From: Candidatus Latescibacterota bacterium | GTDB lineage: Bacteria > Latescibacterota > UBA2968 > GCA-2709665 | DNA length: 64,000 nucleotides | Assembly: GCA_965219455.1 (NCBI GenBank) | Contig: OZ244744.1 | Location: forward strand, 5,696,001 to 5,760,000 | Reading direction: 5' to 3' | Part shown: positions 49,155 through 59,970 of the stretch, piece after piece | Layout: every line of letters begins with the position of its first letter | Position numbering within the stretch: position 1 is the stretch's first letter | Position numbers and translations under genes: made by a program | Notes under the pieces: generated by a model | Databases searched by the model: none | Seen by the model: the letters and a program-made list of their open reading frames with translations, nothing else | Told to the model about the DNA's origin: nothing

Positions 49155-49553
49155 CGCGCTCACGTCGTCATCACCGGAATCTGTCTCGGCCTCTGCCTCG
49201 GCTTTCTTCCGGTCTCTCTTCTCCTTGAACGCTTTCACCCTTGCCAGAAGGTCCGGTGCCAAATCCAACAACCCTTTAATGGACCCTTCTTTCTCCTGTA
49301 CGGGAAGAATCTGGGCCTTTCCGTCTCGAATCACAACGAATGCCACGGGTTCCACGGATGCCCCGCCTCCCGTGCCGCTTCCGCTGCCGTCCGTCTTGTC
49401 CGCACCCCCGCCCGCGCCGAACCCGAACGAAATCCTGGAAACAGGCACCACGACAGTCTCGCCTATTTCGATCGGCTCTCCCACGACCGTCTCCGCCTTG
49501 ACAATTTGTCGGAATTCCGTCATCACAGTCCTGATGAGATCCTCAACAGACAT
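49152..49553 (-). CDS. YtfJ/GerW family protein
   Basis: TVVGEPI, VPVSRISFGFGAGG and GGGASVEPVAFVVI motifs. Confidence 0.88.
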   Translation of the reverse strand: MSVEDLIRTVMTEFRQIVKAETVVGEPIEIGETVVVPVSRISFGFGAGGGADKTDGSGSGTGGGASVEPVAFVVIRDGKAQILPVQEKEGSIKGLLDLAPDLLARVKAFKEKRDRKKAEAEAETDSGDDDVSA

Positions 49554-49573
49554 AATGCCTCCTCAAAGCCCGC

Positions 49574-50272
49574 TCAACTCGTCGCGCCGACCCGCATTAC
49601 GCCCTCCTGCTGACGTTTCTTGCTGCGTCGTTCGGAAAACCATGCAAGCACTCCGCGCCATGCAATGTAAACAGACGCGCACAATAGCCGGTGTGGAAAA
49701 ATCCAGACTTCCACTTCGCCTTCACCGTCCAGGTGCTGCCGCCTGAAATCGGGTGTCGCGTCTACGCATCCTCTTGACCCCATTAAAGACGAGGCCGCCA
49801 TGAAGTATCCGAAAACCTGCCCGGTCGTGGCCGGATCGGATGCGCCGAAAGCGACCTTGCATGAAATGCGGCGCAAACGGAACCCGTTCAGAAGTTGCGA
49901 CGCAGACCGTCGCAGAGGCAACCACAGTCTTTTGAGATAGAGCCCAAACCGCTCCAACCGTTCGACCGTTGTCCGGAACCCGTCCGGAACATCCGGTTCC
50001 GTTTTAACTCGATCCTTAGCGTTTCGTTTCTTCTTTCGATCGTCTTCCTTCTTCAACGACGCTGCCCACACTGTCCACCAACCCAAAAGCGCACCCACAC
50101 GCCAGCCGCCGCCAGCATAGAAAAGCCGGATACCCGCCAAACCGATCCACGGCCTCAAACGAATTTCCAGCGCCGGTTCCCGCCCTCCGCCGAAGTGGCC
50201 GCGCGCCCACAGACGGGCCGGTGGCAAAACAATCAATACGACCGCAAAAAGCAGGAAAACGAGTATAGTCAT
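49574..50272 (-). CDS. DUF2953 (YtfI-like) membrane protein
   Basis: FGASDPATTGQVFG...PDF motif; sits directly upstream of the ytfJ-like gene. Confidence 0.7.
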   Translation of the reverse strand: MTILVFLLFAVVLIVLPPARLWARGHFGGGREPALEIRLRPWIGLAGIRLFYAGGGWRVGALLGWWTVWAASLKKEDDRKKKRNAKDRVKTEPDVPDGFRTTVERLERFGLYLKRLWLPLRRSASQLLNGFRLRRISCKVAFGASDPATTGQVFGYFMAASSLMGSRGCVDATPDFRRQHLDGEGEVEVWIFPHRLLCASVYIAWRGVLAWFSERRSKKRQQEGVMRVGATS

Positions 50273-50461
50273 ATGACCAACTCCTTATAACTGTTTCACT
50301 TACGAACAATATGCACAATGCAATCCGAAAGTCAAGCAATTTATCTGTTGATCGAGGCGTCCCATGAGATATATTAAAAAGCGCGGTACCGGCAGGCACA
50401 CACGAAGCATACGGCTTTTTGTCCTCAACGGAAATGGCGTGTATTCAACAGGAGCGCTCCT

Positions 50462-52309
50462 GTGAAAAAAACGGCGGTGGGCACTTTAAAAAAAATCAAG
50501 GACTGGGTCGCTGGGGGCGAACTCTCCGAAGCCGCCGGAAAGAACGCCGCGCTCTGGCTTACCGACCCCGGGTACGACGCTTCCGTCGAGCAAATCAATA
50601 ACCTTCTGCAGGCTGGAGACCTGGACGAACTCGAAGACGCATTTCGCGTGCGGATCGAATTCGGCACCGGCGGGATTAGAGGTGCCATGGGACCGGGCCC
50701 GAACCGCATCAACATGCGAACCGTGGGTGAAGCGGCCCAGGGAATTGCGCAATACGTCCTCAAATCCGGGGCCGATGCACCGCGTCGCGGCGTCGTAATC
50801 GCCTACGACACCAGACGCAATTCGAAAGACTTCGCCAACGAGGTTGCGGCCATTCTCGCCGGCAACGGTATCCACGCCAGTGTCTTTGAAACCTGCCGCT
50901 CCTCCCCGGAACTTTCCTTTGCAGTCCGGCTGACCAACGCTGTAGCCGGCGTGGTGATCAGTGCCAGCCACAACCCGCCTTGCGACAACGGCATCAAGGT
51001 GTACTGGTCCGACGGCGGCCAGGTCGTACCCCCTCACGACAGAAACATTATCGAGGAAATCAACTCGGTACGCGCCATCAGGAAGTGCGACTTCAATCGG
51101 GCGGTTGAACAGGGCCTCATTGGAATACTGGATAACACCGTCGACACGCCCTATCAACGGGAATTGGCCAACCTTTCGCTCAGCCCCGAACGCAACGTCC
51201 GTGTGGTATACACGCCGCTGCACGGCGTGGGTAACACGTCGATATTTCCGGTACTGAAAATCCTCGGCTACAGAGACCTGGAGGTTATCCCGTCGCAGGC
51301 GCAACCGGATGGCAACTTCCCCACGGTTCCGGGAGGCATAGCCAACCCCGAAGATCCCCGCGCGCTCGCTTTGGCCATTCAAAAAGCCGCCGAGATCGAC
51401 GCCGATTTGGTCATCGCGAGCGACCCGGACGCCGACCGGCTCGGTTGCGCCGTTCCTGTTTCCCGAACCGGATGGAACGCCCCCCCTGAGGATCTTGCAC
51501 TCAACGGCAATCAGATTGGCGTTGTTCTGTGCCACTACCTCTTACAGACAAAAAAAAACCGCCGGGAACTGCCTGGCGGTGGTATTGTCGCGAAAACAAT
51601 TGTCACAACCGACCTGATCTCCATCATCGCACGCGCCTTCGACGCCAGTGTCATAGACGACCTGCTGGTCGGCTTCAAATACATCGGCAGGATCATCGCC
51701 GATCTTCCGCCGGACGCCGAATTCCTGTTCGGAACCGAAGAAAGCCATGGCTATCTGGCCGGGTCGTTCACCAGAGACAAGGACGCTGCCGTCGCCGCCG
51801 TCCTCCTGTGCGAATGCGCCGCAGGCCTCAAAGCCCGCGGTCGCACGCTGCGAGAATACCTGGACGACATTTACGCGGAATATGGTTACTTCCGGGAGAT
51901 CCAGGAGTCCGTTTCCAGAACCGGAGCGCAGGGCAGCCGCGATATCGTCCACATTATGGAATCCCTACGGGCTCATCCACCCAGAAACGTCGGCAGCTGC
52001 GACGTCGTGGAAATCATCGACAGGAGGGCGGGGAAGGCACTGAACGTCCGGACGGGCGCCACCCGAACAATCGATGCCGCGAAGGGCGACGTCATCGCCT
52101 TTACCTTCACCCATGCCGGCCATACTCGCGTCACCGCCCGACCGTCAGGAACCGAACCCAAAATCAAGTACTACGTCTCCGCCGCATCGGTGGACCATCC
52201 CCACCTGTGCGGATCCAACCTGGAGGAGACGAAAAACGAAATCGACCGGCTTGCAGCACGGATTCTGAAGGGTATGGTGGACGAGGCCGAAGCGCGGCTC
52301 CTCGACTGA
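50462..52309 (+). CDS. Phosphoglucomutase/phosphomannomutase
   Basis: FGTGGIRG, SASHNP, DPDADR, EESHG and RPSGTEPKIKYY motifs. Confidence 0.93.
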   Translation: MKKTAVGTLKKIKDWVAGGELSEAAGKNAALWLTDPGYDASVEQINNLLQAGDLDELEDAFRVRIEFGTGGIRGAMGPGPNRINMRTVGEAAQGIAQYVLKSGADAPRRGVVIAYDTRRNSKDFANEVAAILAGNGIHASVFETCRSSPELSFAVRLTNAVAGVVISASHNPPCDNGIKVYWSDGGQVVPPHDRNIIEEINSVRAIRKCDFNRAVEQGLIGILDNTVDTPYQRELANLSLSPERNVRVVYTPLHGVGNTSIFPVLKILGYRDLEVIPSQAQPDGNFPTVPGGIANPEDPRALALAIQKAAEIDADLVIASDPDADRLGCAVPVSRTGWNAPPEDLALNGNQIGVVLCHYLLQTKKNRRELPGGGIVAKTIVTTDLISIIARAFDASVIDDLLVGFKYIGRIIADLPPDAEFLFGTEESHGYLAGSFTRDKDAAVAAVLLCECAAGLKARGRTLREYLDDIYAEYGYFREIQESVSRTGAQGSRDIVHIMESLRAHPPRNVGSCDVVEIIDRRAGKALNVRTGATRTIDAAKGDVIAFTFTHAGHTRVTARPSGTEPKIKYYVSAASVDHPHLCGSNLEETKNEIDRLAARILKGMVDEAEARLLD

Positions 52310-52312
52310 ACA

Positions 52313-53383
52313 CTAAAAGATATCGCTCCACCAGTAAAACGGTCCTTCGCACTTCGGCAAAGATTCCATCCATCCCGACGTCGATTCATCCAAACCGACG
52401 ACGTCCTGACCGAATAACGCGCGCCAGAACGCACCCTCGGCCGCCGGCGCTGGCCCGCGCGGCGGGTCTCCGTTCAGTTTTTCCTTGAGTGTGCGCCAGT
52501 TGGTCCCCTTCAACATCATTTCATCGTGGCGGCTCCATGTTGCAATGGAACCGCAGACCTCTTCGAGCGCGCGCACCAAGCCGTGGCCCACGGGAAGACT
52601 GCCCTCCACCCGCGTCAATCCGTTCCGGCGGGCGCACCGGCAGATCAAGCGTGCCAGGTCGTCGAATACTTCCTCATGCACAGGCGCAACGCAACCTTCT
52701 TTCACCCAGATCCGATCCCCGGTTGCGTCGAAGGTCGCATAACCGCACAGATCCGCATCGTGCTCAACGCCCCACTGAGGGAAAACACCCCGTAATCGCG
52801 AGGGGCCGGCCGACCAGTACTCCCCTGGTCTCATTTCAGGACCGGTCAAGCGACTGGAACATTGCTCGTAAATCGCCATCACGGCATCCAGGTCGCGTAC
52901 AACATCCAGAGCCCTGACATGGGTAGGCTTGCGGTCAGTGGGCCCAGATTCCAGGTCGATGGCAAACGTCGGCAGCGGTATCGGTGTCCAACCCAGCGCC
53001 TCGTAGAACGGTGTTCCGATAATCGTGAAGAGGAGTCCGATGTCGTATCCGGCGTTCAGCATATACGCTTCAGTATTCCGCATCAGCGCACGCGCAAATC
53101 CCCTGCCCCGGTATTCCGGGTGGGTCAGCACGCTGCCGATACCGCCGGCGCGAATCACAGCCCCGCGCACGCGAATTGCCCGATCCCATACCCGCAAATG
53201 CGCCACAATTCGCCCGTCTTTCAGGAGAACTCGCGACTGATCCAGCCGGTAGCTCGGATCGTCCCGCACGTACGTCCGGTAACGTTCGAGCGCCCCGGCC
53301 CCCTCGTCCGGACGGAATACCAGCCGCTGGAGTTCCAACGTCTCCTCGATTTCGTCCTCACGGACGGCTCGAATCTCCATCAT
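52313..53383 (-). CDS. GNAT (Eis-like) N-acetyltransferase
   Basis: GIGSVLTHPEYRGRGFA and FYEALGW motifs. Confidence 0.85.
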   Translation of the reverse strand: MMEIRAVREDEIEETLELQRLVFRPDEGAGALERYRTYVRDDPSYRLDQSRVLLKDGRIVAHLRVWDRAIRVRGAVIRAGGIGSVLTHPEYRGRGFARALMRNTEAYMLNAGYDIGLLFTIIGTPFYEALGWTPIPLPTFAIDLESGPTDRKPTHVRALDVVRDLDAVMAIYEQCSSRLTGPEMRPGEYWSAGPSRLRGVFPQWGVEHDADLCGYATFDATGDRIWVKEGCVAPVHEEVFDDLARLICRCARRNGLTRVEGSLPVGHGLVRALEEVCGSIATWSRHDEMMLKGTNWRTLKEKLNGDPPRGPAPAAEGAFWRALFGQDVVGLDESTSGWMESLPKCEGPFYWWSDIF

Positions 53384-53447
53384 TACCCCGAAAAAAGGTC
53401 GCGCGCGGACGCGATGCGCCGCCCGGGCGGATTGCGTCCGTATCTAC

Positions 53448-54221
53448 TCAAACGGGCGCGAGCCAGCCGCCGTCCACCGGCAACGCCACCCCGGTAATCC
53501 ACTCCGCATCCGTGGATGCAAGAAAAACGCAGGCCCGGCCGATATCCCGGGGCAATCCGAACCGGGGAAGGGGCGTGCTGTCCAGGGCATCCTGGATCTG
53601 TTCCTCGGTCAAATAGTCCTGTATGGCGGTTTCGATATACCCCGGACAGACCGCATTTACCGTAACCCCTTCCGGCGCCACTTCCATCGCCAGATCGCGC
53701 GTGAGGTTGACCACGCCGGCTTTGGCGGGCGCATAGGCAGGACCCCCGCCACCGCCAAAAGAATGCACCGATGCGATATTGATAATTCTCCCGGCTTGAG
53801 ATCGTTTCAAATGAGGGATCGCGGCTTTGGAGGCGACGAATACGCCCCGTAAATTGACGCCCATCACCTGGTCCCACGCCTCCAGCGAAAGAGACTGGCT
53901 ATCCCCCGGAATATGTATCCCAGCGTTATTTACCAGAATGTCCAATCCGCCGAACGCGTCGACCGTCCGATTCACCAGCGCCCCAACCGCGTCGGCGTCG
54001 CCCATGTGGGTTTCGATAAACATGCCGTCGCCACCCAACCTTCGCACCTCCTCCAGGGTGGGTGGCCGGACCTCCTGCTCGTGATATTTACCCTGCTTAG
54101 GCGCCTCCTGTACATCGGCCACCACCACCCTCGCCCCCTCTCTTGCGAATTCCAGAGCGACGCCCCGGCCGATTCCCGAACTCCCACCCGTGACGACAGC
54201 CACCCGGTCTTTCAGCACCAT
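53448..54221 (-). CDS. Short-chain dehydrogenase/reductase
   Basis: TGGSSGIG, NNAG, YAPAK and VDGG motifs. Confidence 0.93.
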   Translation of the reverse strand: MVLKDRVAVVTGGSSGIGRGVALEFAREGARVVVADVQEAPKQGKYHEQEVRPPTLEEVRRLGGDGMFIETHMGDADAVGALVNRTVDAFGGLDILVNNAGIHIPGDSQSLSLEAWDQVMGVNLRGVFVASKAAIPHLKRSQAGRIINIASVHSFGGGGGPAYAPAKAGVVNLTRDLAMEVAPEGVTVNAVCPGYIETAIQDYLTEEQIQDALDSTPLPRFGLPRDIGRACVFLASTDAEWITGVALPVDGGWLAPV

Positions 54222-54331
54222 GAAGGACCTCCGTTTCTAACGATACACGCAATTCGACGCCCAGGGATAATTCACCATCGAACACCATTGCGACCTTGCG
54301 CAACGATCATCCACTATTTGCTTGCGGTCAT

Positions 54332-55834
54332 TCAACTGGACACCCAGATGGGGCTGGCCCAGGCCCACTGATTGTTCTCCTGCGCCACCCGGACGTAATA
54401 GAAATCGGTTTGGTACTCCGGTTCGTCGTCTTCAAACACCAGTGTCGCCTGCAACTGAGCCTCCGGTACCGCCCGGTGCACGAGCATCGCCTCGGATCGC
54501 CATCCCCTGATAAACTCGCTCCTCGATCCCGTAAGGAGGTCCGACAGAAGATAGCGATAGGTCGCGCCATTGAGACTGAATTCCAGCGAGGCGGAGCGTG
54601 GCGCATCCAGTTCCAGGATCAACGCGTTTGTCCCCCGCAAGTACGGATGCGCGTTGCCCCGGGTATGGGAAAACCAGGCCACATGCCGTTCATCCTGCGC
54701 CACAATGCCGTGAATCGGCTCCTCACCGGTTGCCGTAACGGCACCGTCCGCCGAGGGCGCAAGCACGGGGTCGCCGGTGAAACAGGGCTCCGCGGAAACC
54801 AGCCGTCCACGGGAAAGCCGAACCCTCGCATCCCACCGCACCCACTCCTCTTTGTCGCCCCAGCCCCATTCCACGCGGACCTTCGCCCGGACCGGGTCCG
54901 GTGGCGCCGCAACGGGCGCGGGCCCGAAAATCCGTTTCAGCGGCCGGTTGTTCTTCACCACCTCTATCCGATCCAGTGCGTCGGCTCCACTGACGGCCAC
55001 CCTGATTTCACGGGCGCCCGAAACGGTCGTCTCCTCCCCCATCACCGCATCGTTAATGGAAAATTGCAACCCGATGCGATCCCCCGTTACCGCATAACAG
55101 CGCCTGGCGCGGATCGCGTCCCAAATCGCCTGGCGCGTGAGTTCCGGCGCGTAGACGCCCGTTCTTCCCTCTCCGTAATGTCCGGGATATCCCCCGTGAT
55201 GATCCGTGCCTCCCAGAAATCCGAACCGGTGGCCGAGTTCCAGCCCGTATGCCAGCGTCCCCCGATATTGCCTGGGTCCCATTGTGTGGTACATCGGGTA
55301 TGGCCCGCCGTCCCGCTCCGACCCCCCATGGCCGGACAGAATCTCGACGGCCGGAGACCGCCGAGCGTCGAAATGGGACCAGTTTATCCCCCGGTAACCT
55401 TTGCCATAACCGATATGATGGGGATGAATCATAACTTCCTGCCCCTTGAGCGCTTCGTCCAGTTCCTCCAGGCTATCGCGCTCCACAATCTTGCCGCCAT
55501 CCTCCAGGTAGTACACGTTGTGGTCGCCGTAAGCGCACGAGTGCCACTCATAACCCAGAAACGTGACGAACCGCCCCGGCTGATTATACCGATTCACCGT
55601 TTCCTGCACGTGCTTCCAGTTTCGCTTCAGCGTGGCAAATCCCTCTCTATGGTAGTCGATGATGAATCCGTGACGATCCCGATCGACCGGCATGTCGTGC
55701 CACGTTGCATGCCCCACCACCGAACAGAAATCCAGATGCTCGCGCCCCAGTCTGAAGGCCCGGTCCAGACTGCCGTAACCATAGCTGATCGCACAATGCG
55801 TATGCAGGTCTCCCCAGAACAGCGAATCGTCCAT
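54332..55834 (-). CDS. PHP-like metallohydrolase (DUF3604/CehA-McbA-like)
   Basis: FWGDLHTH, FLGYEWH, HPHH, GGTDHH and FYYVRV.Q...AWASPIW motifs. Confidence 0.75.
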   Translation of the reverse strand: MDDSLFWGDLHTHCAISYGYGSLDRAFRLGREHLDFCSVVGHATWHDMPVDRDRHGFIIDYHREGFATLKRNWKHVQETVNRYNQPGRFVTFLGYEWHSCAYGDHNVYYLEDGGKIVERDSLEELDEALKGQEVMIHPHHIGYGKGYRGINWSHFDARRSPAVEILSGHGGSERDGGPYPMYHTMGPRQYRGTLAYGLELGHRFGFLGGTDHHGGYPGHYGEGRTGVYAPELTRQAIWDAIRARRCYAVTGDRIGLQFSINDAVMGEETTVSGAREIRVAVSGADALDRIEVVKNNRPLKRIFGPAPVAAPPDPVRAKVRVEWGWGDKEEWVRWDARVRLSRGRLVSAEPCFTGDPVLAPSADGAVTATGEEPIHGIVAQDERHVAWFSHTRGNAHPYLRGTNALILELDAPRSASLEFSLNGATYRYLLSDLLTGSRSEFIRGWRSEAMLVHRAVPEAQLQATLVFEDDEPEYQTDFYYVRVAQENNQWAWASPIWVSS

Positions 55835-55923
55835 CGGTTACTCACCCGCGCTTTCGTGGCGGCTCCCGCCTCGATAGGATCGGCGGAAAAATGGCTCTCG
55901 TCACATTCGTCGATATCGTGGCG

Positions 55924-57123
55924 TTACGCCGCCTGCAACACCGCGGCGATCGATTCGCAGAGATAGTCCACGTTCGCAGCCGTGATGCCAGCCACGTTAA
56001 TCCGCCCCGAACCCACCATGTAGATTGAAAATTCCTCTCGAAGGGCATCCACCTGTTCGCTATTCAAGCCCGAGAACGAGAACATCCCCTGCTGCCGGGC
56101 GATGAAGGAAAAATCGCGACGAACACCCTTCCGTTCCAGGGTATCCACAAATAGAGAACGCATGCGGTTGATCCGGTTCCGCATCTCCTTCACCTCGCCC
56201 TCCCATTGGCTGCGAAGACCGGAATCGTTCAGCACCTCCGTGACGATGGCCGCGCCATGGGCCGGAGGATTCGAATAGTTGGCCCGGATGCAGATCATCA
56301 CCTGGCTCATCAACGCCCTTGCCGCCTCAGGAGACGACGCCACGAGGGTCAACGCGCCGACCCGCTCGTTATAAAGGCCGAAGTTCTTTGAAAACGAACT
56401 GGACACCATCAACTCGGCGCCCGACAGGCACAGCGCCCTCAATCCCTGCCTATCCTGCTCGAGCCCATGCCCCAGCCCCTGGTAGGCGAGGTCGACAAGC
56501 GGGATCCAACCGCGAGCGCCGGCCACGTCCGCAATCTGCGTCCACTGTTCGGGCGCGGGATCGATACCCGTCGGGTTGTGACAACAGCCGTGCAACAGTA
56601 CGACATCTCCCTCCGGAACTGCGCTCAGGGCATCGAGCATGGCGGGGAAATCCAGATCGTTTGACTCCTTTTCGAAATAAGGATACGTCTCGATGGCGAC
56701 CCCTGCGTGTCTGTAAACATTGGGATGATTCGCCCAGGTCGGATCGCTCAGCCAGATCCTGGCGTTCGGAAACAGCTTGTGAACGAAATCACCGGCAACC
56801 CGCAATCCCCCGGTTCCACCGGGAACATGTACGGTTGCCGCCCGTTTGCCGGTAACGATTTCATGACCTGGGCCGAACAACAGGGCCTGTACTGCTGCCG
56901 CATATTCCGGCCCGCCCGAAATCGGCAGATAGTCCTTTGTGGTCTGCTGTTCGAGGATCCGGGCTTCCGCGTTTTGCACCGACTTGAAAACGGGCGTGTT
57001 GCCATCGCCGTCTTTATAGACACCGACGCCGAGATTGATTCGGTTGGGATTGGTATCTGCACTATATACCGCGGTCAATCCCAGAATCGGATCTGCGGGC
57101 GCAACCTCCAACGCTTCGAACAT
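55924..57123 (-). CDS. aspC: Aspartate/aromatic amino acid aminotransferase (AspC/TyrB family)
   Basis: DPILGL, NLGVGVY, HGCCHNPTG, SFSKNFGLYNERVG and SGRIN motifs. Confidence 0.9.
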   Translation of the reverse strand: MFEALEVAPADPILGLTAVYSADTNPNRINLGVGVYKDGDGNTPVFKSVQNAEARILEQQTTKDYLPISGGPEYAAAVQALLFGPGHEIVTGKRAATVHVPGGTGGLRVAGDFVHKLFPNARIWLSDPTWANHPNVYRHAGVAIETYPYFEKESNDLDFPAMLDALSAVPEGDVVLLHGCCHNPTGIDPAPEQWTQIADVAGARGWIPLVDLAYQGLGHGLEQDRQGLRALCLSGAELMVSSSFSKNFGLYNERVGALTLVASSPEAARALMSQVMICIRANYSNPPAHGAAIVTEVLNDSGLRSQWEGEVKEMRNRINRMRSLFVDTLERKGVRRDFSFIARQQGMFSFSGLNSEQVDALREEFSIYMVGSGRINVAGITAANVDYLCESIAAVLQAA

Positions 57124-57265
57124 TACGTTTCCTCTCTCTGTTTTCACTACTCATGTGACGAAGAACCCCCTTCTCGCTTGACCTGAGGAGAATGATGACC
57201 GCAGCCCTGGCACCGCGGCGTGGGCGAAAAAACTGGCAACGGCCGGCGTGATCCACGTCTCATTC

Positions 57266-58891
57266 TCACATTGCCGCCATCGCCATTCCCGGTGAACCGG
57301 GATCCGCCCCGCCGTCGAGGGCTCCCGTTGACGGATCGAGAATAATGCCATGCACCGACGCAATACCACCGTAGCCGTCCAGCAGGGAATGAATTCCGTG
57401 GCCCATCCCACGCACGCCTTCACATACGGAAGGCGCAATTCTGGAGTGGGCGACGATCACGTCACTCTGGCAATCAAACCGGGGGGCCGCGATGGCCTCG
57501 GTCGCCGTCATTCCCTGGTCGATCACGTTCAGAATGGCGTGGAGAATCCCGGTCACAATCCGTGTACCCCCGGGCGCGCCCACACTGAAGAAGGGGTCGT
57601 CACCCATTTTCACCAGTGTCGGCGCCATTCCCGTTGTTCTTGATTTGCCCGGTTCGATGGAATTCACCTGCCCGGGCACGGGGTTGAAACAATTCATACA
57701 GTTATTGTACATGAACCCCAATCCCGGGGCAATCACATCCGAACCCGAACCCAGCGAGTGCGTCAGGCCCACAACGTTGCGCCAACTGTCCACAACGGAG
57801 ATATGCGTGGTACACGGCGGCTCCGGCGGATGCCATCGAGGGATGGTGATTTTCTCCCGGGCGTCGATGCGCCGCCGCCACGCCGCCGCGCGTTTCTCGC
57901 ACAGCAAGTCGTCAACCGGCACGTCCACGAATGCGGGGTCCCCAATCAGATTCGCCCGGTCCGTCCAGGCGGCCTTCATCGCCATCGATACAGTGTACAC
58001 GTACTCCGGCGACAGGTATTCCATATCCGCCAGATTGTAACCCTCAAGGATCTTGAGCATCTGCAGAATGGTCAGCCCCCCTCCGGGAGGCTGGTTGGAG
58101 GCGACGGTATATTCCCGATACCGTGAATGCAGTGGCCGGGTAACCGTCACCTCGTAACGTTCAAGATCTTCCAGCGTCACGAATCCGCCGCCCTTTTCCA
58201 TATCCTCGGCGATTGCCATGGCCACGTCCCCGCGATAGAAAACTTCGGCGCCGCCTTCGGCCAGAATTGAGAATGTCCTGGCCATTTCCGGGTTGGCGAT
58301 CAACTCACCCCCGCCCTCGTAGGGCGACGTCGCCACTGTTTGCCACGGAGTCGACTCAGGAGTCGGTATCCGTTTCCAGGACGCCGCCCCCGCGCGGGTC
58401 ACCTCGAATCCGTCCGTTGCAACCGCGATGCCCGGTTGGAGAGCCTCCCGCCACGGCAAGGTCCCGAAATCCGTCTGGGCTTTGTAAAGGCCGGCCACCG
58501 TACCGGGTGTCGTTACCGCGCCATAGCCGTGTTCGTTGACGTGCCCCCTGAGCGTGTATCCGTACCCCGAGGCGTTCTCGCTGATGATGTCTTGCTCCCA
58601 CATATCGGAACGGACCCGTGCGCCGGCTTTCCCGTGGAAATCCAGAATCGTATCTGTTTCCCGGGTATGAATGTACATCATGCCGAAGCCGCCGACTCCA
58701 CAGCTGCGCGGCGTCGTCACCATCTGAACAAATGCCGCCGCTACGGCCGCGTCAACGGCATTCCCTCCATCGGCCAGCACCTTAACGCCGGCGTCTACCG
58801 CCAACGGCTGGGGCGCGGTAACCATGCCTTTCACGAGATTTCCTTTCGATTGCAGGGGCGAAAATTCACATTGGTGAAGAAGTCCGGTCAC
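57266..58891 (-). CDS. ggt: Gamma-glutamyltransferase family protein
   Basis: GGNAVDAAVA, catalytic TTHISVVD, GAPGG and GGADP motifs. Confidence 0.88.
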   Translation of the reverse strand: MTGLLHQCEFSPLQSKGNLVKGMVTAPQPLAVDAGVKVLADGGNAVDAAVAAAFVQMVTTPRSCGVGGFGMMYIHTRETDTILDFHGKAGARVRSDMWEQDIISENASGYGYTLRGHVNEHGYGAVTTPGTVAGLYKAQTDFGTLPWREALQPGIAVATDGFEVTRAGAASWKRIPTPESTPWQTVATSPYEGGGELIANPEMARTFSILAEGGAEVFYRGDVAMAIAEDMEKGGGFVTLEDLERYEVTVTRPLHSRYREYTVASNQPPGGGLTILQMLKILEGYNLADMEYLSPEYVYTVSMAMKAAWTDRANLIGDPAFVDVPVDDLLCEKRAAAWRRRIDAREKITIPRWHPPEPPCTTHISVVDSWRNVVGLTHSLGSGSDVIAPGLGFMYNNCMNCFNPVPGQVNSIEPGKSRTTGMAPTLVKMGDDPFFSVGAPGGTRIVTGILHAILNVIDQGMTATEAIAAPRFDCQSDVIVAHSRIAPSVCEGVRGMGHGIHSLLDGYGGIASVHGIILDPSTGALDGGADPGSPGMAMAAM

Positions 58892-59062
58892 GCGTGTCTA
58901 TCGGTCGGTTTGTGCGACACGTGGATCGAGCGCTTCCAATTCCGGTCCAGCGACGGCTACCGGAAGCACAGGAAGCGCTGGCAAAGCTTACGGCGGGATA
59001 TTATATTCCCACTCCGTTGTAAAAGCAAGAGCAAACCCAAACCAACGACGGAGGCAACCCCC

Positions 59063-59884
59063 ATGGAAATCTCACTCGCGGGCTGGAGCATTCAACGGCG
59101 GTTCAGGAATTCCGATAACCCCCTGCGTCTCCTTGACTTTCCAGCTCTTGCCGTCGAAGAATTCGACATTCGTCTCCTGGAACTCAACAGCCCTTTCTTT
59201 GTTTACGCCGATCCGGACAGCCCCGCGACCAGTCGTCTGGCCGATGGATATCTTGTCGAACTGCGTCGACGCGCGGAGGATTCGGGCGTACGGTTGCTGA
59301 ACATCGCGGTGGACAGCCACGGCGACCTTTCCTGCCCGAACGAAAAGGAACGAAAACGAGCCGTAGAGAATCACAAAAAATGGATCGATGCATGCCTGGC
59401 GCTGGGTTGCAACGCGTTTCGCGCCAACACCGGCCCGGGTCGGGGCGAACCCGTCAACGAAACACATATGGAACAGTGTATCAACAGCTTTGGCGAACTC
59501 TCGGAACTTTGCGCCCCGGCGGGCATCCGACTGCTGATGGAGAATCACGGAGGCGTATCGGTATCGGCGGCCAACGTCCTGCGGATCATGGACGCGGTCG
59601 GAAGCGACCACTGCCGCGTACTTGCCGATTTCCTCAACTGGCCGGCCGAAGACGACAAGCTGGAAAACCTCAGAAGGGTCGCCCCGTACGCCTGGGCGAC
59701 CCACGCGAAATTTCTCAGCTTCGCGGCGGACGGGGAATCAAAGGAAATCGACTGCGCCGCTGCCCTCCGCATCCTCAGGGAGGCGGGTTACAACAACCCC
59801 TGCGGTATCGAATACGAGGGCAAAACCGACGATCACGAGGGTGTACTCAAGAGCAAGGCACTTCTCGAAAAACACGCCTGGTAG
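59063..59884 (+). CDS. Sugar phosphate isomerase/epimerase (xylose-isomerase-like TIM barrel)
   Basis: ATG after GGAGG; MENHGG, DFLN, THAK and GIEYEG metal-ligand pattern. Confidence 0.85.
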   Translation: MEISLAGWSIQRRFRNSDNPLRLLDFPALAVEEFDIRLLELNSPFFVYADPDSPATSRLADGYLVELRRRAEDSGVRLLNIAVDSHGDLSCPNEKERKRAVENHKKWIDACLALGCNAFRANTGPGRGEPVNETHMEQCINSFGELSELCAPAGIRLLMENHGGVSVSAANVLRIMDAVGSDHCRVLADFLNWPAEDDKLENLRRVAPYAWATHAKFLSFAADGESKEIDCAAALRILREAGYNNPCGIEYEGKTDDHEGVLKSKALLEKHAW

Positions 59885-59970
59885 ATCGTCTGCGGGGCCG
59901 ACTGCAAGAACGAAATGGCCTGGAAATCGGCCGATCTTTTCCAGCGAGTTCCTCAGCGGAGCTCACGGAA

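Noticed and set aside
50394-50409. AGGCAC-ACACG-AAGCA sigma54-like spacing before the phosphomutase gene
   Set aside because: Poor -12 element, and a sigma70-like TTGATC...TATATT lies just upstream.
58340-59062. N-terminal extension making the epimerase 514 aa
   Set aside because: It overlaps ggt on the opposite strand; the real start is ATG 59063 after GGAGG.
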